From Dimargaris cristalligena (taxonomy: Eukaryota): DNA of 64,000 bases. Below are positions 1 to 12,443 of this stretch, in pieces (within the stretch, counting starts at the first letter, position 1; each line of letters starts with the position of its first letter). The notes under the pieces were generated by a model. The model worked only from the letters and a program-made list of their open reading frames with translations, made no database searches and had not been told where the DNA came from. Position numbers and translations under genes: made by a program. The stretch lies in contig ML002222.1 of NCBI GenBank assembly GCA_003614675.1, positions 1-64,000 on the forward strand. The letters are read 5' to 3'.

Positions 1-288
1 AGAAGGGAAAAAAAGAAAGGGAGAAAGCTATTGTTAGCTATTCTCTGAACAGGGGTGCAGTCAGGCCAGGAGCAGTGTGAATACAGGGGTATTATCTAGT
101 TAGGGGCAGGGGTACATCACAGTCAAGGGTATAAAATATAATAATAGAAAAAATACTATACTAATGAAAATGTAGGAAAAATGACCATACTCATCAGGGG
201 CAGGGGCCCATTCACTCGTCAGGGGTGTACTTCCGATAAGTGTGAAAAATGGATTAAAAAATAAAAGTAGGTAAAAAATATGGTAAGT

Positions 289-924
289 TCACCACACCAG
301 GACTTCCTTTTCTATGTCCTCCAGGCATGTCCCCAGGGTGGTGATATTAACCATGTCAGTGTCCCAGATATAGTTAGGGGCTAGTGTGAGGTGGTTACTG
401 AGCTCAGCCAGTAGTGCAGTGATAACTTCAGTGCACCACATATCAATCTCACCCAGGTGGACCACTGCTTCCTTAGCATGTGCTTTGGCCCCATGGATGT
501 CTAGCCCCTTGAATAAGATGCTGTTGTGGAGGGCTGTCGCAAAGTGCCTTGCCCAAAGCTTCTTTGGGTAGTGGGATCTCATGTACTTTTCAAATATCTC
601 ATAGTCACTGATCTGTGAACCAAATAGGGCTTTCTTGATGTCTGGGTGGAGGAGGGTGGTCAATATTTGGAAATGGGTCGGCCTTGGGCAGTGGGGCAGT
701 AGATCACTGATGAGGTTTTCTACTGTATTCATCCAGTGTCCCCAGGATGGGCCATCTGGTTTTCCATCAAAGATGGGGGCCAGATATTGGATCTCGTCAA
801 TGATATTGGAGTTCATTGGATTGTATTGCACTGTAGTGGGCTTGATGGACATTGGACCCAGGGCTGCACTGGATGTCTCCAGGTCAAGGGAGTCAGTTTG
901 GATGTTGAGGGGATTGGTATCCAT
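289..924 (-). mobile_element. Gag-like ORF of a degenerate retroelement within a CpG-depleted block (~1-1950)
   Basis: Intronless 211-aa ORF with a 'PIFDGKPDGPSWGHW' F-x-G...W pattern typical of retrotransposon capsid N-termini. Surrounding DNA is visibly CpG-poor and TG/CA-rich. No pol visible in the window. Confidence 0.5.
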
Positions 925-2850
925 AGTGCTCAGGGATGGATGGATGGTTTTAAAGAAGTTTCAATTTAAAGTTCTGTAATGGTTTGGGTTGAGTGGGACC
1001 TATGGGTTAACTGAGTTTCTGAAAGGAGTAAGGATTGACAAAATAACAAGGTGCCGAGTTGGGCAAAGAAATGCTTCTAAAGAGTTATTTATTGATTATT
1101 AAATTGAAACTTAAGGAGCTGAGATTATACTATGTCCTTTTGTTATATACTATTTAGTTGGCTGCCTTGCTGGCTTAGGCGGCTACTGCTTACTACTTGC
1201 CTGGTGGGGGTGGGTATAGGGGGAGGAATGAGCTGGATGATTTCATTGGTCACCTACTCTAATTGCTCTATAGTTGGGTGATCTGCCTCGCCCAGCAGTT
1301 GCAGTAACAATGAATGTGGATAGGGATGGATAAGGCTGGTTGAGAGGGAATGACATCTCCAGGATCAGCAAACATGATTGAAGCCAATCACGGTCCTGCT
1401 CTTGGCATGGCGGGGTGTACCCTTAAAATAGTAGAGAATTCTATACACTCCAGTAATGATGGCTTAGGTAAATTGCTCTTCCCCCATGAAGCCACTGTGA
1501 GTGTCTATTAAATGAGACACCTGCTCAACCCTTGATGTAACTTCATGTCTTACCATAACTTTAGTTTACATGTTTTTATCATGATATATGATCTTGAACC
1601 CTCCCCCTGCAGTACCCATCACAGTGCTGGGATCATAAATTGAGGGGTAAATTCAGAGTGTTCCTGTTATTATTTAAGGTATGAATAGTTCAGTAAAATA
1701 TTTGCAAATAACATTGGTAAATGCCTACAGCTGGTTTTACTGAATTAGGTAGGACACATGGCCAATATTAATTGATGTCCCTGGTATGGAGTCAATTTAA
1801 CCAAAGGTGTAAAATTGAGGAACTGGGTGATATGCATTTCTAACAATGCCTGCACCCCATTTTAATATCTGAACAGCAATTTGGTATTGTACCTTCTTAG
1901 TTAACATTACATTGGCCATGCTTGATCTATATGCTTATAAAACCTTGATCTTGGCAGTGCTACCTTAGTTGCTCTACCGAAAGTACCCCCCTTTTCAAGT
2001 CTCAACTAAATATCATTATATTCCGAACAATTATTCTACCACTGCTGCGGTATTCCTAATTCACTGGTCTAAATACGCTTGGTTATATCAATTTGGGTCC
2101 ATATCGTTCAAATGGCCCCCTCACTGTGTGGTTATAGACCATTTGCACAGTGGTCCCCCAAACCCCCAAACATGAGCCCGCGCTTATACACGGGAATGGG
2201 CAAGGATAGGTATAGAGAAAAAGGGAGGTTAGGAGCAGACGAGGGGCTTGTACTACTCTATAGGCCTGGCCGGTTAGCTTGTGCAACAGTTAGTCGTTCT
2301 TTTTTATTCTGTTTGATTCACGAGTGGGAAACTATAGATATTACACACTCCTTCAGGGTGTTTCCCCTTGTATTATATTTAGGGGAGAGTGGTGACTCCG
2401 ATAAGCATCGATGGTTGTTGGCTGCTAGGCATTGGAACGAATCCAGAGCGATGTTGAAGGTAATTGCTTGAATTTAGGGCTACAGTTAACAAAGCGCTTG
2501 GCAGAAAGTATGTCGGGGGCTATCCATTCACTCCTTTACATACCCTCTCATGTCGGATCGCTTGCTTATTGGCAGCACATGTATTTTTCGTTAGTCGCAC
2601 AATAGACAGTATGGATAGTGCTGTTTCAAACCTCCCACCCATAGCTGGTTTAGTTACACAGACATTTGGCTACCCCAGACTATCCACCCGATTAGTCTGT
2701 GTTGAATGATAAGCCACATACGATTTTTTATAGGGATTGGTGGCGATATTAGGAGGGATGCCACTGAATTTAAACTTATTTTACCTGGTTGCCGCAAAGT
2801 GGAGATATCTTAGTTTTATCTGGGTTTTTTAAAAATCGGGGTGGCTATAT

Positions 2851-2986
2851 GGGTGAAATTCGGCGCTGCTATAAATTTTTTTGAATGATATTGGAATATA
2901 AAAATAGGCGGGGGATTGTTTTTTAAACTGGAACATTTGCCTCACTCAACGGCCTTTTGGTTATACAGCCGGGTTGAACTTCACCC
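2851..2986. mobile_element. MITE copy 1 (136 bp, ~28-bp imperfect TIRs, ATAT flanks)
   Basis: GGGTGAAATTCGGCGCTGCTATAA...TTATACAGCCGGGTTGAACTTCACCC; homologous to copies at 30369, 36218, 46828 and 49298. Confidence 0.8.
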
Positions 2987-3421
2987 ATATTATGCATTAA
3001 TATACTAAGAGGACAAAGGTCGGCCGGACAGTCAATACCTACCTTAATAATTCAAAGAAAAAACCGAGAGCGCAAGATGGTAAAGGGTAACTAGTGATCA
3101 GGGTACAAAATCACCTGTGTTTCACTAGTATGATCTGGTGTATACATGGGTAAGGTTCAGGATGAAAGGGGAGTGCTGGTCCTCTACATAAAAAAAACGG
3201 CACCCAAAGCATCCGCTTATTACCATAATTGCTCTATAAATGTGCACCACCCCGGCCCCTTAGAGAGAGGGATATATCGCTTAATTGATTGATGTTTTTG
3301 CCAGCCATATACCACTTTATCCCGGCTGTCGTATTTTTCACCATTCTATAGCTCAGACGTACTCCTTCGGACCCCACTCCCACCACTCCAACCCTCCGTG
3401 CCCCAATTCCCTATAGGAATA

Positions 3422-4606
3422 ATGTATGTCGGGCAAGGTGTATTATTTGCCGGTCTAATCGGCGGTCTCGCTGGACTGTCTAGCGCCACCCAAACTGACA
3501 ATCATCACCTTACTAGCCGATCCGTCTACTTTCAGTCGAAGGGCCGTACTTCTAAAGCAACCACACCCAATACCGATAGTCTCTATATGGGAAAGTCTAA
3601 GAACCGAGTCGATACCAAAGTGCTGACCATGCGGCGCCCCGAGGAAAACCCCGCCCAGTATAATGGGCATAGTTCTCAAGCAAACTCGCATTACAACTCC
3701 CCTTGGAAGAAGAATAAGTACCTGAATAAGCACCCTTCGGTGGCACCAACTGCCCATTCGACCCCGTCGACGAAGCAGGTAACATTACTGAAGTCGAGTG
3801 GTCCCAAGGTATCCCCGTCGGAATCCGAAATGGTCGCCGCCACAGTTGTGACCGCCATGACTCTTCCCGATTTTGTGGACCAGGTGTCTCAAGACCTGGA
3901 TCAATATACTGCCCTGCTAAAGGCCATCAAGGCCAAATTCGACGAGATTGACCCTCGGATTGTTCCCGACCAGCTTTTCGTCGTATCCTTTCAAAACCCA
4001 GTCTTAAGGCCGGCGACTTTGCCCACGGCGCCCCTGCTGGAGAGCCCACTCAAGGGTATTGACATCGATCTGAATATCTTTCAGCAGCCTAGTACCCCCA
4101 AAGCCGGCGAAAAGGGCGCAAAAAGGAGAGAATCCCGGCTTCTCCGACTCTTAGCTACCCAGCCCTCTTCACACAAATCCGCCCCGAGTTGGTACTCTCG
4201 TATGCAGGGCGACAAGGAGAGCCAGCGCCAGTACTTGGGGCGCTTAGTCGAAGGCTATAATGTGCACCCCATCATCCGTGCCATTAAAGATGGGACCTAT
4301 GATGGTCCCATCCGAACCCCTGGTAGGGCCGTGGAGACCGTCAACGTCAACGCCAAGGACCAACAACAACAACAACCAATGTCTCCAGTATCGCTCTGGA
4401 GACTGTCCAATGTGTGGCGCCGTCATTTGGAACAGGAGCTCCAGCGCCTGTCTGACTCAGTCATTCGCAATCAATTACCAGTTCCGTCGGCATTGAAGCT
4501 GAAGACATCCGAGATGCTGTTCAAACAATTGGCTAGTTACCAATGTCTACTTGGATCGGTGATTGAAAGCGTAGGAAACCATGAGTTTTCGCTATTTGGA
4601 CAGTAA
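3422..4606 (+). CDS. Hypothetical secreted protein (~394 aa, intronless)
   Basis: Long ORF from ATG 3422. Hydrophobic N-terminus MYVGQGVLFAGLIGGLAGLSSA, then a short pro-region ending HHLTSR. No domain recognised. Confidence 0.7.
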   Translation: MYVGQGVLFAGLIGGLAGLSSATQTDNHHLTSRSVYFQSKGRTSKATTPNTDSLYMGKSKNRVDTKVLTMRRPEENPAQYNGHSSQANSHYNSPWKKNKYLNKHPSVAPTAHSTPSTKQVTLLKSSGPKVSPSESEMVAATVVTAMTLPDFVDQVSQDLDQYTALLKAIKAKFDEIDPRIVPDQLFVVSFQNPVLRPATLPTAPLLESPLKGIDIDLNIFQQPSTPKAGEKGAKRRESRLLRLLATQPSSHKSAPSWYSRMQGDKESQRQYLGRLVEGYNVHPIIRAIKDGTYDGPIRTPGRAVETVNVNAKDQQQQQPMSPVSLWRLSNVWRRHLEQELQRLSDSVIRNQLPVPSALKLKTSEMLFKQLASYQCLLGSVIESVGNHEFSLFGQ

Positions 4607-5031
4607 CTTACAAAGGTTGGTCTAGGCTAGATGCCGCTTAGGCAGCAATATTCACTCCCATGAAATAGTTGGTTCGCAACTGGTTAGCTTCGACGCGCTG
4701 CCTTTATTTAGTATAATGCAAGAGAATTAATAAATGCCCCCAATAGAAAAACCGGGCTCTTTACAATCATAAGTATGCAGACATGGGTAATTTAACGAGG
4801 CTTGATTAGATCAATCTAATATTAGCTAAACCTCACCTCCACAAAACGATACTCCATATCCGGTTGACAGGTGGGGAGTGTGTGATAAGGATGTCTATAG
4901 TCGCAAGCCAAGAGTTTACTGAGCTACTTAGTCTACATTTGGGAACCCCGCTCTCTCATCTTACTTTTATTCTTACCATTGGTACCATTCCTGAATCCCC
5001 TCCCATTGTTCCATTCACATTTTCCTCAACC

Positions 5032-5712
5032 ATGTCCGAGGCACGTAACCCTAACCATCTTACATCCCACCGCCTGACTTAAGTCAACCTTCGACAATAA
5101 AGCCATCGCCTGGCCTCGAGCTCCGACGATGTATGGCCTATTCAGCGCATCCCACTTTTGGTCCAATGCTCTACAACTAACTAACCTTTGCCATCCACCG
5201 TGTATGTCATGCACACCCAATTCCGGGACATTGTCACTGCATCTCTAGTCCCCTTCGTTCACCGGTGTCCCATTCGAGCCGCTTCTGGCTTTGAACCAGT
5301 TGCCTTTATTAGCCGCACTTTCCGCGGTTCTCGGTCTCGTCCAACTGGCCCTATACAGCGTGTAAGTTAGCTGGGTGTTTATATATATATATTGGTTATT
5401 TTTAAGGGAACAACATTGCTGGAATGGCCCACCGTCTTTATAGTCAATAAGCAACTATTATTAATGACCAGTCACCCATGTGCCCTGTTTCCCACATCCC
5501 CGCCGTACTCCATCCCGAATATAAACCCGGCCAACTAATTGTGGATTATGACACGATTCATTACGACGCTATTATATAATATACGTTTATTCACCAATGG
5601 CAGAACCTCCAAATCTAACCTAGTCAAGGAAGTCGGACTGGCGGCCGGTTCTAGCATTTCCCTTGCATTTGCCGTGTTGTTTACGTTCTTGTCCGCCGGT
5701 GTCTATGTTTAG
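5032..5712 (+). CDS. OST5: Oligosaccharyltransferase small subunit Ost5/TMEM258 (3 exons)
   Basis: Exons 5032-5040, 5249-5361, 5604-5712 give MSESPSFTGVPFEPLLALNQLPLLAALSAVLGLVQLALYSVTSKSNLVKEVGLAAGSSISLAFAVLFTFLSAGVYV*. Two TM helices and the C-terminal G(V/I)YV signature. Exon 1 and its GC donor are less certain. Confidence 0.85.
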
Positions 5713-6500
5713 GATGTTTTATAATCACCCATCTGGCGAGGTGTTCTTAATAAATAAAACCCCGATTAATAGCAACTATCGCATCAGATTTGAACGGCTC
5801 TAGCGCCCTGTATGTTTACTTATCATGCATTTATTGGAATATGATTTACAGTATAATGAATAAACACAGAGGCAGGAAAAATAACGATGTAGTTTAGGGA
5901 CTAGGGGGGGATCAAATTATGTACGAATCTTATCAAACAAGTAGAAATCCATAGGTGGTGGTGATTACGGGATTAGGAGTAGGTGACGACCATTGAAGTC
6001 GCAATATAAGAAAGAGCGATTGCTAACTGAACAACGCATATTATAATACACTGAATCACTACTAATAGAGTAAATGTGTGAAGATACGAAAATTGTAAAG
6101 CGCATAGCTAAATGGAATGGGGTCAATGAGACCCCGCTGTAGCAACTTTTGATAGATAAGGAAGGGGAGAAGGGTCTTTCAGGTTGGGTGATGTTGGAGA
6201 AGCGTTGTAAGAATCACGGATGGTTGAAAATTCGACTAAACACACAGTGTACGAATTCTGTTTTGACGATAGGGGGGCATTATGAATTAAATAGATCGGG
6301 GACGACAGGGACATGGGGAGGGAATAAAACCGCACAGCAGACCAATAGACAGATAGACTCATGTCAATAAATAGGATTGGATGGTAATTTACCGAGGTTA
6401 GTTCATGATATGAAAAACAAACAAACATTAAGTTATTAAAAAGCCATTAAGGAGTTAAATAGCGAAAGCCAGCACCAGGCCCCAAAGTATACTACTACCA

Positions 6501-7964
6501 TTAGCAAGTGTAATTCACCTTGACCGTGGGGAACAGCTGTTCCAGGTCTTTGGGATTAGGCTGCTTATTAAACTTAGAAAGGGTTAGGGTTTTAATGCGG
6601 CTTAACTGACATGCAACCGAGGCCAACCAATTAACATTGAAGTCGCGCAGGACGATGGTGAGGTCGAGGATATGGGTCGAGCCCAGTTTGCCGGGTAGGA
6701 ATTCGGCGGTGAGGGGAGCGGTCACGTCGCGAAGCACCAGATGGCGCAATTGGGTGCACTGTTCCAGTAGGGTGCGACTGCCCTTGTCGGTGGCCTGGCA
6801 GTCGATGATCGCCAAAGACTTGAGTCGGGGACACTGCCGCCCGATGCGGCCAAAAATGTCACCCGGCAGGATGAGGCCACCCAGCCCCAGGTGGGTCAGG
6901 TGGGGCCATTTAGCCCGGAAAATCTGGCGGTAACGGTTTTGCAACTGGGCGAGATGTTCGGTCGGGGCGGAATCCGGCAGCCGGTCGTACTTACTGCACG
7001 TCATATCGAGGTAGGTTAGGTGGGGCCACACGCCCGGATGCACGTTTTCCACCACACTGCTATCGCGCACGGGGAGGGGATAGAGGAAGAAGGAGCGCAG
7101 ATAGGGTAGGCAAGGCGGGATCTGGGCCAGCATGGGACCGCTGATTTCGTGGAAACTGAGTTGAAGGAGTTCCAGCTGGTGCGCGGCCCCCGTCAGCAAA
7201 GCTGCGGCGAAATGGTCGTCGGCCCAGCCCCGGGCCTTGAGTTTCAATAAACCGGGGTGGGCGCGGAGTACCGCGGTCCATTGGGCCTGGGACAAACGCC
7301 ACTGAGTGCCAATCAGTTCCAAACTTACTAAACGTTTGCAGGCCATTAAGCAGGCGAACAGGGCTTCTGACGGTGTCGCATCCGTAGCCGTGGCGGTGGT
7401 GGTCAGGACGGTGGGCTGGGCCGTGGCTGTCAATCGGTGGGGTGCCACTGGCCGGGTGATGGTCGATGTGCAGTCGCGGGGGCCCCCGTGGCCCATACTC
7501 AGATGGGTCAGCTGGGCGGCTAGGGGCAATATGTAGTACTGAATATCCAAGCTATAGTGATAGGGGAATCCAGTGAGGTAGAGGCGGGTCAGATTCGGGG
7601 CCAGTACCAGGGACTGGGATAGGAACCACGAAGTATTAGCCACCTGGGCCTTGGCTAAGTTATAGCGCACCTTACGGGCCCAGTGCCCCACGCGGCGCAG
7701 GGGAGCGTGGGGGTCATCAAAGATGGAATAGCAGTATTCGGCGGCCGCTGAGGCCGCCTTTACCTGGTGGAATAGGTGGGGCATAAGTAGAGCCCGAAGG
7801 CGACGGTTGGTGCACGATAAACTGATCCGGTCGTCCCAGGGGAGTTCGCGGACCACCAGACCCAGAATTTCCGTGGGTAGTTGATTAAGTACCTTCTCCA
7901 TGGTTAAAACAGGAGGAGAGGTGGGATTAGCCACCATTGCCCCAAATGAATGATGGTAGTACAT
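6501..7964 (-). CDS. F-box / leucine-rich-repeat (RNI-like) protein
   Basis: F-box 'LNQLPTEILGLVVRELPWDDRISLSCTNRRLR' followed by repeated 'PxLxxLxL' LRR units (CPRLKSLAIIDC, CTQLRHLVL). Confidence 0.85.
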   Translation of the reverse strand: MYYHHSFGAMVANPTSPPVLTMEKVLNQLPTEILGLVVRELPWDDRISLSCTNRRLRALLMPHLFHQVKAASAAAEYCYSIFDDPHAPLRRVGHWARKVRYNLAKAQVANTSWFLSQSLVLAPNLTRLYLTGFPYHYSLDIQYYILPLAAQLTHLSMGHGGPRDCTSTITRPVAPHRLTATAQPTVLTTTATATDATPSEALFACLMACKRLVSLELIGTQWRLSQAQWTAVLRAHPGLLKLKARGWADDHFAAALLTGAAHQLELLQLSFHEISGPMLAQIPPCLPYLRSFFLYPLPVRDSSVVENVHPGVWPHLTYLDMTCSKYDRLPDSAPTEHLAQLQNRYRQIFRAKWPHLTHLGLGGLILPGDIFGRIGRQCPRLKSLAIIDCQATDKGSRTLLEQCTQLRHLVLRDVTAPLTAEFLPGKLGSTHILDLTIVLRDFNVNWLASVACQLSRIKTLTLSKFNKQPNPKDLEQLFPTVKVNYTC

Positions 7965-10900
7965 GTGAGAAATATTAGGTGGGTTTTATAAAAATGTCCA
8001 AATAATTGATTGGAGCGGAAGGGGGGGAATAGTTAGTTGCGTAGGGCTTGTTTGAATATGTTCGTTAGATGGAGTGTAAATATTTATCAGGGAAAAATGA
8101 AAACAAATACAATGGTGCGGTGTTGCCAATAGAAGAAAAATAATAGAGAGTGGATCAATCATAGAGGTGAAAGGAAGGGTTATATAAACAGGGCGATTCA
8201 AACGAGCGACAGAAACCGAGCGGCGTAGGCCAGCCTTAAGTATGCCCAAATATTGTCACTGGCGATTTGACTCTAAACCCGCCTGCCCAGATTTATCAAA
8301 AATTTCCATGATCAATTTCCAACAATTGTTGGATACACCCCCCCTTCCCCCTTATTCCCCCCTTCCCTCACCTCTCATTATTCACCTAGTTCTCTCTCAC
8401 GCGAACCCTTGGTAACAGACTCCGATGTCATTTCCAGCCCACTACACCGTCCGCGGTGTATCAGTCAATCGCGGTGGTTAGCGTAAAGAATACAGCACGA
8501 GAAATACGCCTGACCTAACCACCCAGCGCTATACCCGTTTATTGTTCCCAGCCTCCTTGGATAGGTTTCCACCATCCTTTCCCATATAAAGTTGGTCTCC
8601 GTATGTACTACAACCCCCTTGGCTATAGAGGGGAGGGGGTTATACTATACGGTGTACGTTTCCGCGCACTGTTCACTATATAGTCTATATTGGAGTTTAC
8701 GGCTGGATTGTACGGGGATTGTTTCGGAGATACATCCATATACCTACTACTCCAGCATTAAGCATCGGCTTGCACTTCTCACTACTCTCCCCTTATACTT
8801 CAGACTGACCCCCGGGAGAGACCATTATCTCTTTAACCTTTCCCTGCAATGACTCGCTTGGCTAGCGATAAACATCCATACACCGGGTATTTTTGGGGGG
8901 CCTTTGTCTGCTTCTTGCATTTTTCGACATGGGCAGGGATTCCGGTTAATATGAGCGCGCGTACGTACTATTGTCGGTTTAGAGTTCATTTAAGGGCTTC
9001 TATAATGATGTTCTAAGTTTCTCAGCTAATAACCTCTACTTGCATACCTTTGAATAGGACGTTGGGTATATCCTTTGTCTTGGCACAATGGGGTTTCGAA
9101 ATATTACTTACCCTTCCTTGGCCGATGTTCTACCCCACCGCTGCATTGCTATCCGATGGAATCGGGTTATGGGAAAAATCACCGTTAGCCTCGTGACTTG
9201 GCAGTGTTCTCGGCCTTCGGGGTAATCCGGGGTAATAATAGTTCAGACTGCACGAACTGCGGGTATCGGCGTCATAGTGCCAGGTGTATGACCTTTCCCC
9301 CACCTCCAAAGTGTTTTCGCCAGTGGCTAGTATACGCGTCCCAGTGATGGCAACCCAGCTCCTCCAGGAGTTGGTCTGAACTGTTAACTATTTCCATTCA
9401 GAAACTATACACTATATCCACCCAGGTCCCCATCTCCATCCTGGCCATATTCCCAAATGGCTGACATCGATGCCATTCAGTAGGAAGGTAATCTAATCAC
9501 AGCGCCCTTGGTGGAAGTGTACCCGATACCATTCGTCGCAGTTGGCTTGGCAAAGCACATGGTGACCATATTCTGTGCGTCTTAACCATGCTGTGATTAC
9601 GACGGATGTTCATTTATCCCAGACTACGTTCCCATCGACCAGTCGAGGGGCCAGTATTTATGACAGCATCGTGTAGACTAACAGGCGTTCGAGTAAATCA
9701 GACCAGCATTTATTGCACGCATCCCACGTCCCAGCGCAAGGGGCAAGGGGGGGGTATTGGTGCAGAAGAATAAGGGCCAGCCCTAGAGGCCCATCACTGA
9801 AAAGACCGGCACTTACGATGAGACATAGCCATGCCACCTAATATGCATAGCCCCAGTGTTAAAAAAGTATTAATACAAAAATAGCGCGGGCCCTGAAACG
9901 AAACTCCGGTTATTAACGGGCGATTAAGAATAGAGTTATAGGTAATTTACGGCTCAATAAAATGCCATCTTGATACCGTTACGATGTGTTTTGCACGACT
10001 TTACAGTATCAATGGGAAGGTAAATCGAGGAATGCTTATCCTAGACTTACGTCATCCCACTTCCCACATGCTGTATAGCATAACCGCATATGTATTGTTG
10101 GACGGGCCGCAATGTTTACCTTATCTCGACCAAAGCAGCTAGGGGAGCGATGTCAATCTGGCCATCGGAGGGTTCTCTCTGTCTCCGTCTCCCCCCACTT
10201 ACAAACCTCCTACCGTAAATTGGCGTGGGCCTCTACACGCCGGTTTGAATGTTAAGCGGTCGTTTTCACACGATTCCATCGCGTGATGCAGGTTGTTGGT
10301 GTTGTACTCATGTGACTAGCGATGGACTTCTCTTGCCGTCGCCAGCATGCCACGACATCCGTCACCACGAATATATATATATTGGTTTCTAACTATAATC
10401 ACCTTTGCCTACAGGGGTATGCCAGCGAAGATGCGGGCTTTCGCGGGCGATGGTGTTTGTTTCGGAGGACGCTTTGAAGTGATTCCAAATCTTCACTGCC
10501 TTTGGACTGGGTTTCAAGGTTCGTCTTTCGCCACCCACATATCTACACTTTCGTTCTATCCTCCTGACTGCGACGAAGGCATTGGTTATCTAGGGGGACC
10601 TTCGCATAAAAGAGCTCTTGGCAATTACCCCTTACTCCCCTCGATTCAATACCGTTTATACTGTCCATAAGTGTGCACTTCTGGCCAGACTGTGTTAATA
10701 GTGCCCGGGCTTGCACCTAGCCTGGTTCATTCTACCATGCAGTCCAAGGCTCTCACTCTCTCCTGGAGGAGATGAGGGGCGGAAATCGGGCCCAATCAAA
10801 GGCCATTGTACAAAAACGGCCACCTTTGCCACCAACATGTCCCAGGTGCTCTTTCCCAATGGACTGCTGTATTGGGACTTACATAATATACCCTACTATG

Positions 10901-11115
10901 AAATTCATTGAGGATTAAAAACCTACCCCTACCCCTCCTCACAAAAAAAACCACCCATTTCTAGCAGCATGAACTATTGTAATTTTCAGAGGATTTCATC
11001 ATGGAGAGAAATCCCACAGTTGAGTGGGGCATATTTTAATAACAAAAAAAATTAGTAGGCGGTGGAAGGGGGTGTGAAAAGGGATGTCGGTTATAGTGAA
11101 GTCGTAATCTCTATA

Positions 11116-12443
11116 TTAAGATGGACCCGGATCCGCTTGCCGGGCTAGCGCGTCCATTATCATTTTGGTGGCAATTTCCTGGAGTTGTTCATCGCTGGGC
11201 ATATCGCCGGAACCCCCCACCCCATTCATGTGCTGGTTGAGGGTCTCAAGGATCGGGATTTCCACCCGCATACCTTCATCGTCATCGTCATCACCCTCCG
11301 GTTCTTCCGTGGGGGGTTCCACCTCGGGCAAATTCAGCAGACGGCGCAAGTAGTTGGCCACGTCGTAGTGCTCGTTCTCTTCCGCTGATTCGTGAGGCTG
11401 ATGGTGTAGATAATCCCATTCAATCAAAATATTAGGGCATAAGGTTGAGTAAGCATAGAGTTGCAGGCGATTTAGCCCTTAAGGTAACGCAGTGAGGGTT
11501 TAGGCCTACGCACCTCCAGCTCCGGAGGACAGTAAAGTCATACTGCAGGTTAGGTATTCTCCCAAAGCATTATCCTAACTGGGCCCCATAGCGTCTGACC
11601 TACCTTAAGACCCTCCGAGTTTTGGTGATTAATGTCGGCCCGTCGATTCACCAAAAATATGGCGCACTCGACCGTTTCGCACACGTGTAGGGGAGTATCC
11701 GAATCATTATCCGTAATATTGACATTCGCGTTATGGGCCAGTAAATACTCCACCAGGTGCAAATGGTTGTAAGATACTGCGGCATGACTATAGAGCAACC
11801 GATGTAATGGCATGGCAAAGAGATGCATAAGGAAGACATCAACAATCAGCAATTCCACGAGGTGAGTAACATCGTCTATCAATATGCACAAGTGTCCTTT
11901 GCAATAAGATACCATTGGCCTGGAGGTTGGCTGTACTGTGTTCTACCCGTTTGAATTCTTTTAATTAGACCATAAGAGGGTTTTATCTGGGGCGACATGG
12001 ATGGTTGGCTACGGTTACTTACAGGGGAGTGTAGCCATTCTCATCTTTGGCATCTACTGACACATTCTCCTTCGTAATCAGTTCCTAGTTTTAAGTTAAA
12101 TCCAGAATATCGCCCAAACGAGCAGGCCAGCGGCAATACCATACTTAATCGGTTAGTAATTGATGTATAGGGTCGGAAACATGATAATAACCCCATTCTG
12201 AAACTAGCCATGTTCCATTACGACAGTGCCTCGGGAATTTTCTCGTCGGCCAATGGGGCACCCCCTCCTTGGGCGAATGTGCTTCTTGACGAGTGGATGG
12301 GGCTATGAAATGGCCGAATGCATGGACCCGGGCTAATGGAGCCTGGAACAGGTATTTCGCTTCAATGTCCAAGTGTCTAGACTTACTTCAACTCGATCGA
12401 GCAGCCCGTCGCTTGCCGCTACCCAAATGTTCTTCGGCGCCAT
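11116..12443 (-). CDS. Ankyrin-repeat protein, yeast YCR051W-like (4 exons)
   Basis: Exons 12443-12387, 12084-12023, 11787-11604, 11397-11116 with GT-AG introns: MAPKNIWVAASDGLLDRVE-ELITKENVSVDAKDENGYTPLHAAVSYNHLHLVEYLL...DTPLHVCETVECAIFLV; acidic tail. Confidence 0.9.
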
